DNA of 12,501 nt. Origin: a virus. Under the pieces are notes generated by a model, which was not told the DNA's origin, did no database searches, and saw nothing but the letters and a program-made list of their open reading frames with translations. Positions 8,031 to 12,501 of this stretch are shown here, one piece after another. How positions within the stretch are numbered: the stretch's first letter is position 1; each line of letters opens with the position of its first letter. The position numbers and the translations under genes are program-made. The stretch lies in UHGV virus genome UHGV-1654647; one strand, written 5' to 3'.

Positions 8031-8939
8031 ATGCCGATTATCGACCTGAACCAGCTACCCGCACCGGATGTGGTCGAGGAGCTGGACTTTGAAACCATTC
8101 TCGCCGAACGCAAGGCGACACTGATTTCCCTTTACCCGGAAGACCAGCAGGAGGCGGTCGCCCGTACCCTGACGCTGGAATCCGAGCCTCTCGTCAAACT
8201 GCTGGAGGAAAATGCTTATCGTGAGCTTATCTGGCGTCAGCGTGTGAATGAGGCTGCACGGGCGGTAATGCTGGCCTGTGCCGCCGGTAATGACCTTGAT
8301 GTGATTGGTGCCAATTACAACACCACGCGCCTGACTATCACCCCGGCAGATGATTCGACCCTCCCGCCGACACCGGCCGTGATGGAATCTGACACCGATT
8401 ACCGTCTGCGTATTCAGCAGGCGTTTGAAGGTTTAAGCGTCGCCGGGTCGGTGGGAGCCTATCAGTATCATGGTCGCAGTGCCGACGGGCGTGTCGCGGA
8501 TATTTCTGTAACCAGTCCGTCTCCGGCCTGCGTCACCATCTCTGTGCTGTCACGTGAAAATAACGGTGTTGCATCCGAAGACCTGCTGGCCGTGGTGCGT
8601 AACGCCCTTAATGGTGAGGACGTCAGGCCGGTGGCCGACCGCGTGACCGTGCAGTCTGCCGCCATCGTTGAATACCAGATAAACGCCACGCTTTACCTTT
8701 ACCCTGGTCCCGAAAGCGAACCCATCCGCGCTGCTGCCGTGAAAAAACTGGAAGCGTACATCACGGCACAGCACCGGCTGGGGCGTGACATCCGTCTGTC
8801 TGCCATTTATGCCGCTTTGCATGTGGAAGGCGTGCAGCGTGTCGAACTGGCTGCACCACTGGCCGACATCGTGCTCAACAATACGCAGGCGTCTTTCTGT
8901 ACCGAATACAGCGTCGTGACCGGAGGCTCGGATGAGTGA
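8031..8939 (+). CDS. J: Baseplate assembly protein J (302 aa)
   Basis: ORF 8031..8939; length and order match P2 gpJ; stop overlaps I start (ATGAGTGA). Confidence 0.88.
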   Translation: MPIIDLNQLPAPDVVEELDFETILAERKATLISLYPEDQQEAVARTLTLESEPLVKLLEENAYRELIWRQRVNEAARAVMLACAAGNDLDVIGANYNTTRLTITPADDSTLPPTPAVMESDTDYRLRIQQAFEGLSVAGSVGAYQYHGRSADGRVADISVTSPSPACVTISVLSRENNGVASEDLLAVVRNALNGEDVRPVADRVTVQSAAIVEYQINATLYLYPGPESEPIRAAAVKKLEAYITAQHRLGRDIRLSAIYAALHVEGVQRVELAAPLADIVLNNTQASFCTEYSVVTGGSDE

Positions 8940-9543
8940 TTCGCGACTGCTGCCGACCGGCTCATCACCGCTTGAAGTTGCCGCCGCAAAAGCCTGTGCG
9001 GAAATTGAAAAAACGCCGGTCAGTATTCGTGAGCTGTGGAACCCGGACACCTGCCCGGCAAATCTGCTGCCGTGGCTGGCGTGGTCATTTTCGGTTGACC
9101 GCTGGGATGATAAGTGGCCGGAAGCGACAAAACGCGCTGTTATCCGCGATGCGTATTTCATTCACTGCCATAAGGGCACTATAGGCGCAATCCGACGTGT
9201 GGTGGAGCCGCTCGGCTATCTGATTGAGGTGAGGGAGTGGTGGCAACTCAACGAGGAGCCGGGGACGTTCCGTATCGTTGTTGGCGTGCTTGAGCAGGGT
9301 ATTACCGAGGAAATGTATCAGGAGCTGGAGCGCCTCGTTGCTGATGCAAAACCGGCAAGCCGCCATCTGACGGGACTGGCTATCAGTTTAAGTACAACCG
9401 GCAACATTTTTGCCGGTGCGGGATGCTATCACGGCGACGCCCTGACGGTTTATCCCTACACCCCGGAGGCCATTATTGTCGGAGGGGATTATTTCCCGGC
9501 CTCGGCCATTCATTTAATTGATAACCTGAGAGTAAACGCATGA
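8932..9543 (+). CDS. I: Baseplate protein I (203 aa; apparently longer than the 176 aa I recall for P2 gpI)
   Basis: ORF 8932..9543, MSDSRLLPTGSSPLEVAAAKACAEIEKTPVSIRELWNPDTCPANLLPWLAWSF...; start overlaps J stop, stop overlaps H start (ATGA). Confidence 0.82.
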   Translation: MSDSRLLPTGSSPLEVAAAKACAEIEKTPVSIRELWNPDTCPANLLPWLAWSFSVDRWDDKWPEATKRAVIRDAYFIHCHKGTIGAIRRVVEPLGYLIEVREWWQLNEEPGTFRIVVGVLEQGITEEMYQELERLVADAKPASRHLTGLAISLSTTGNIFAGAGCYHGDALTVYPYTPEAIIVGGDYFPASAIHLIDNLRVNA

Positions 9544-11087
9544 CAGTGAAATACTACGCCATTCTGACTAATCAGGGCGCGGCACGGCTGGCTAACGCGA
9601 CGATGCTCGGCAGTAAGCTGAATCTGACGCAAATGGCCGTTGGTGATGCGAATGGTGTCTTGCCGACACCAGACCCGGCACAGACAAAACTGATTAATCA
9701 GAAACGCATTGCACCGCTGAATCTTCTGAGTGTTGACCCGAACAACCAGAGCCAGATTATTGCGGAGCAAATCATCCCTGAGAACGAGGGCGGATTCTGG
9801 ATCCGTGAGATTGGGCTTTATGATGATGAAGGCGTACTCATTGCGGTGGCGAACTGCCCGGAAACGTACAAACCGCAGTTGCAGGAAGGCAGCGGTCGTA
9901 CCCAGACTATCCGCATGATTCTGGTTGTCACGAATACCGAAGCCATCACGCTGAAAATCGACCCGTCGGTGGTACTGGCGACCCGTAAATACGTGGATGA
10001 TGAAGTTCTGGAATTAAAGCTGTATGTGGATGACCAGATGAGAAACCACATTGCCGCACAGGATCCTCATACCCAGTATGCACAGAAACATAATCCGACA
10101 TTTACCGGAGAACCAAAAGCGCCGACGCCTGCCGCAGGAAATAACACCACGCGGATTGCGACCACTGAGTTTGTTCAGGCCGCTATTACCGCTCTGATTA
10201 ACGGTGCGCCAGCCACGCTGGACACACTGAAAGAAATTGCCTCAGCCATTAACAATGACCCGAAATTCAGCACCACCATTAACAATGCGCTGGCACTGAA
10301 AGCTCCGCTGTCGAGTCCCGCACTTACCGGAACGCCAACAGCACCTACTGCGGCACAGTCGGTCAACAATACACAGATTGCCACCACGGCTTTTGTGAAA
10401 TCAGCAATTGCGGCAATGGTGGGTTCTGCCCCTGCGGCACTGGATACACTGAATGAACTGGCGGCGGCGCTGGGGAATGACCCTAACTTTTCAACAACAG
10501 TGCTTAATGCACTGGCAGGCAAACAACCGCTGGACAATACGCTGACTAATTTGAGTGGAAAGGATGTTGCCGGTCTTCTCGCATACCTTGGTTTGGGAGA
10601 AGGCTCTGCATTACCTGTTGGTGTCCCTGTTCCGTGGCCTTCAGCCACTCCGCCAACAGGCTGGCTGAAATGCAATGGTGCAGCTTTTTCTGCTGAAGAA
10701 TACCCGGAACTGGCAAAAGTTTACCCGACAAATAAATTGCCTGATTTACGTGGTGAGTTTATTCGTGGCTGGGATGACGGGCGGGGGATTGATACAGGTC
10801 GCTCTATTTTAAGTATTCAGGGATATGCAACGGAGGATCATGCTCATGGATTACCGTCAAGATCCACGATTGTGACTGATGCAACTATTAATTTCTATTT
10901 TGATGAAAGCTGGGTAAATAGTGGCACTGACATTATCAAAAGAGGAAACACAAACGATGCCGGATTACCAGCACCGGATTATGGAACCTTTAAAACATAT
11001 AAACAATCAGTGGCTGGTTTAGGTGCCGCAGCCTCAGAAACGCGTCCGCGTAATATTGCATTTAACTATATCGTGAGGGCAGTCTGA
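9540..11087 (+). CDS. H: Tail fibre protein (515 aa): baseplate-attachment N-terminus, two tail-fibre repeats, crossover site, then collar-like receptor-binding C-terminus
   Basis: ORF 9540..11087. N-terminus has P2 gpH-like motifs (EGGFWIREIGLYDDEGVLIAVANCPETYKPQLQEGSGRTQT). C-terminus has tail-collar-like motifs (PVGVPVPWPSATPPTGWLKCNGAAFSAEEYPELAKVY, LPDLRGEFIRGWDDGRG). Much shorter than the 669 aa I recall for P2 gpH. Confidence 0.88.
   Translation: MTVKYYAILTNQGAARLANATMLGSKLNLTQMAVGDANGVLPTPDPAQTKLINQKRIAPLNLLSVDPNNQSQIIAEQIIPENEGGFWIREIGLYDDEGVLIAVANCPETYKPQLQEGSGRTQTIRMILVVTNTEAITLKIDPSVVLATRKYVDDEVLELKLYVDDQMRNHIAAQDPHTQYAQKHNPTFTGEPKAPTPAAGNNTTRIATTEFVQAAITALINGAPATLDTLKEIASAINNDPKFSTTINNALALKAPLSSPALTGTPTAPTAAQSVNNTQIATTAFVKSAIAAMVGSAPAALDTLNELAAALGNDPNFSTTVLNALAGKQPLDNTLTNLSGKDVAGLLAYLGLGEGSALPVGVPVPWPSATPPTGWLKCNGAAFSAEEYPELAKVYPTNKLPDLRGEFIRGWDDGRGIDTGRSILSIQGYATEDHAHGLPSRSTIVTDATINFYFDESWVNSGTDIIKRGNTNDAGLPAPDYGTFKTYKQSVAGLGAAASETRPRNIAFNYIVRAV
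10092..10307 (+). repeat. Tail-fibre repeat unit 1 (protein-level, about 72 aa) within H
   Basis: NPTFTGEPKAPTPAAGNNTTRIATTEFVQAAITALINGAPATLDTLKEIASAINNDPKFSTTINNALALKAPL aligns residue by residue with unit 2; the DNA copies are diverged. Confidence 0.7.
10311..10532 (+). repeat. Tail-fibre repeat unit 2 (protein-level, about 74 aa) within H
   Basis: SSPALTGTPTAPTAAQSVNNTQIATTAFVKSAIAAMVGSAPAALDTLNELAAALGNDPNFSTTVLNALAGKQPL; same motif order as unit 1 (Pro/Thr linker, NNTxIATTxFV, APAxLDTLxEuAxAuxNDPxFSTTuxNALAxK). Confidence 0.7.
10576..10601 (+). repeat. Left crossover site of invertible segment (gix/hix/cix-like 26-bp site) inside H
   Basis: TTCTCGCATACC-TT-GGTTTGGGAGAA: two imperfectly palindromic 12-bp half-sites around a central TT; resembles recalled gixL TTCCTGTAAACCGAGGTTTTGGATAA and hixL. 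Its 3' 15 nt are repeated exactly, inverted, at 12447-12461. Encodes LLAYLGLGE in the H frame. Confidence 0.7.
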
Positions 11088-11689
11088 TGCATAAAGCAAT
11101 ATTAAATAGTGAGCTCATTGCAACAAAGGCAGGGGATGTTACCGTTTATAACTATGATGGTGAAACACGGGAATATATTTCCACTTCAAATGAATATCTT
11201 GCCGTTGGTGTCGGCATTCCGGCATGTTCCTGTTTAGATGCCCCTGGCACACATAAGGCTGGTTATGCAATCTGCCGTTCTGCAGATTTTAACTCATGGG
11301 AATATGTGCCAGACCATCGCGGTGAAACGGTCTATAGCACCGAAACAGGAGAATCAAAAGAAATCACCGCTCCGGGTGATTACCCTGAAAATACAACCAC
11401 TATCGCCCCATTAACGCCATATGATAAATGGGATGGTGAGAAATGGGTGACGGATACCGAGGCACAGCATAGCGCCGCAGTAGATGCAGCAGAAGCACAG
11501 CGCCAGTCGCTGATTGATACTGCAATGGCTTCCATCAGTCTGATTCAACTGAAATTGCAGGCCGGACGTAAACTGACGCAGGCAGAAACAACCCGGCTTA
11601 ACGCTGTGCTGGATTACATTGACGCGGTGACGGCAACAGATACCAGCACCGCGCCGGATGTCATCTGGCCTGAACTGCCGGAGGCGTAG
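11087..11689 (+). CDS. G: Tail fibre assembly chaperone (Tfa family, 200 aa), partner of the currently expressed H C-terminus
   Basis: ORF 11087..11689; start overlaps H stop (TGATG); C-terminal Tfa-type motif (NAVLDYIDAVTATDTSTAPDVIWPELPEA); position equivalent to P2 gene G, but 200 aa versus the 175 aa I recall. Confidence 0.85.
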   Translation: MHKAILNSELIATKAGDVTVYNYDGETREYISTSNEYLAVGVGIPACSCLDAPGTHKAGYAICRSADFNSWEYVPDHRGETVYSTETGESKEITAPGDYPENTTTIAPLTPYDKWDGEKWVTDTEAQHSAAVDAAEAQRQSLIDTAMASISLIQLKLQAGRKLTQAETTRLNAVLDYIDAVTATDTSTAPDVIWPELPEA

Positions 11690-12104
11690 GCCATTCAATA
11701 TCTGGCGCACCGGAAGTATCGACCAGTTCCAGTGCGTCCAGGTAATCCAGCCACAAATTATATTGCGCCAGTTCGTCACCTTTCAGACGACCAATAGCTG
11801 CTTTGCCAGGCCATTGCTTACTGTTCATATATTCGTTGGCATTATCAATAAGATTTTGCTTTTGAGCTGTGGCAAGGAGTATTGCTTCTTCAGGAGCCAT
11901 TGGTGGAATATCAACCCACTCAGGTTGTCCATCATCATTTGCACCGCGCGCTTTCCCTTCAGGTGGTGTTCCTGAATAAGTCAAAAATATTTCATCAGAT
12001 ACTGGCGTAATATCATCCGGTAAGCTGTCATATGAGCGATATAGCTCCAGCATATCTACCGGATAAAAAGCTAACGTCGTCCGTGAAAAATAATAATTAC
12101 TCAT
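11661..12104 (-). CDS. Alternative tail fibre assembly chaperone (Tfa family, 147 aa), convergent with G
   Basis: ORF 11661..12104 minus; MSNYYFSRTTLAFYPVD...; C-terminus YNLWLDYLDALELVDTSGAPDIEWPTPPAVQAR carries the same Tfa motif as G; 3' ends of the two chaperone genes overlap by 29 nt (11661-11689). Confidence 0.8.
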   Translation of the reverse strand: MSNYYFSRTTLAFYPVDMLELYRSYDSLPDDITPVSDEIFLTYSGTPPEGKARGANDDGQPEWVDIPPMAPEEAILLATAQKQNLIDNANEYMNSKQWPGKAAIGRLKGDELAQYNLWLDYLDALELVDTSGAPDIEWPTPPAVQAR

Positions 12105-12105
12105 A

Positions 12106-12501
12106 TCAGCACCCTATTGCAAACCAGCGAAAATTATAATTGCCACCAGAAGCATCACAGCGTAGAAGAAATCCTGTTCTGGTCATATTCCCTGCTGCCC
12201 CGGCAACAATTTTTCCGCCACCATTATCGTAGGACGTCACCACCTGAAAACATTGTGACGGAAAAGCGATTGTGAAATTCATCTCATTGCCTGTCGAGCC
12301 TACATAACCCGTACCTGCATCTCCTGCCCCCCATTGGATAATCAATCCTCCCGGTAACTTCTGATATCCCTTGCTGGCAATACTGTCAGAAAAAGAACTC
12401 ATATCCGGTATCTGACCTGAACCTGTTCCCACATCCCGTTTTGCCGCTTCTCCCAAACCAACGTTTATGAAAATGCAGAGATAACGGGCAAGTGGCATCA
12501 T
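12106..12501 (-). CDS. Alternative tail-fibre C-terminal receptor-binding cassette; probably start-less and expressed only when inversion fuses it to the constant part of H
   Basis: Minus-strand ORF running from the window edge to a stop at 12106-12108, 1 nt upstream of the alternative chaperone start; crossover site lies at codons NVGLGE; downstream Gly-rich sequence (AAKRDVGTGSGQIPDMSSFSDSIASKGYQKLPGGLIIQWGAGDAGTGYVGSTG...) unrelated to the plus-strand H C-terminus. The ATG ATG at 12496-12501 may be fortuitous. Confidence 0.65.
   Translation of the reverse strand: MMPLARYLCIFINVGLGEAAKRDVGTGSGQIPDMSSFSDSIASKGYQKLPGGLIIQWGAGDAGTGYVGSTGNEMNFTIAFPSQCFQVVTSYDNGGGKIVAGAAGNMTRTGFLLRCDASGGNYNFRWFAIGC
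12448..12473 (+). repeat. Right crossover site of invertible segment (inverted relative to 10576-10601)
   Basis: TTCTCCCAAACC-AA-CGTTTATGAAAA; its reverse complement TTTTCATAAACG-TT-GGTTTGGGAGAA shares the central dinucleotide and the whole right half-site with the left site; half-site TTCTCCCAAACC resembles the gix half-site TTATCCAAAACC. Confidence 0.7.

Larger units (their letters stand above)
10576..12473. mobile_element. Putative site-specific invertible tail-fibre host-range segment (Gin/Cin/Pin/Min-type), about 1.9 kb; invertase gene not in window
   Basis: Inverted 26-bp recombination sites at both ends; interior holds the H C-terminal domain plus chaperone on the plus strand and a convergent chaperone plus start-less alternative fibre C-terminus on the minus strand; both fibre C-termini join the crossover in frame at GLGE; interior visibly more AT-rich than flanking DNA. 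Confidence 0.7.

Noticed and set aside
8550-9161. 203-aa minus-strand ORF antisense to J/I, and similar long antisense ORFs at 2917..3516, 6825..7349, 5140..5574, 3808..4254 and 10175..10675
   Set aside because: They lie wholly inside well-supported plus-strand structural genes, have Arg/Ser/His-rich low-complexity translations typical of antisense frames in GC-rich DNA, and lack plausible ribosome-binding sites.
11411-11975. ORFs 11411..11779 (minus, 122 aa) and 11658..11975 (plus, 105 aa) overlapping the chaperone genes
   Set aside because: Alternative frames or antisense of the two Tfa-family genes; Cys/Trp/Ile-rich translations with no recognisable features; the Tfa frames account for the region.
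12474-12501. ATG ATG at the extreme 3' window edge as a genuine start for the minus-strand fibre cassette
   Set aside because: It lies outside the invertible segment, only 9 codons upstream of the crossover site; an independent start would defeat fusion-dependent expression. More likely a fortuitous in-frame ATG, though this cannot be settled without the flanking sequence.
1-12501. CRISPR arrays, tRNA/rRNA genes, cos site, integrase/att sites, defence-system or toxin cargo, diversity-generating retroelement targeting the fibre
   Set aside because: No regularly spaced direct repeats, no tRNA-like structures, and no unassigned ORFs; every sizeable ORF is accounted for by a late gene. The P2 cos site and known cargo hotspots lie outside this window. 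There is no reverse transcriptase or template/variable repeat pair near H, so fibre variation here is by inversion, not mutagenic retrohoming.

Overview
This window is the late (morphogenesis and lysis) region of a P2-like (Peduovirus-type) temperate phage or prophage of an enterobacterial host, densely packed with no free cargo space. The minus strand carries the 5' part of the terminase ATPase gene P. After a divergent late-promoter region, the plus strand carries O (scaffold), N (major capsid), M (small terminase), L (head completion), X, Y (holin), K (endolysin), lysA, lysB and lysC (overlapped spanin pair), R, S (tail completion), V, W, J, I (baseplate), H (tail fibre) and a tail-fibre assembly gene, mostly joined by overlapping stop/start codons. 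Gene lengths from O to J match canonical P2 as I recall it; the I-H-G module differs. The most notable feature is at the 3' end: a probable Gin/Hin/Cin/Pin-type invertible host-range cassette of about 1.9 kb. It is bounded by two inverted 26-bp gix/hix-like crossover sites, one inside H (10576-10601) and one at 12448-12473. It holds the current H C-terminal receptor-binding domain plus its chaperone on the plus strand, and a convergent alternative chaperone plus a start-less alternative fibre C-terminus on the minus strand. The serine invertase expected for such a system is not in the window and should lie just beyond 12501. All identifications rest on reading the translations and on recalled P2 biology; no database search was run.
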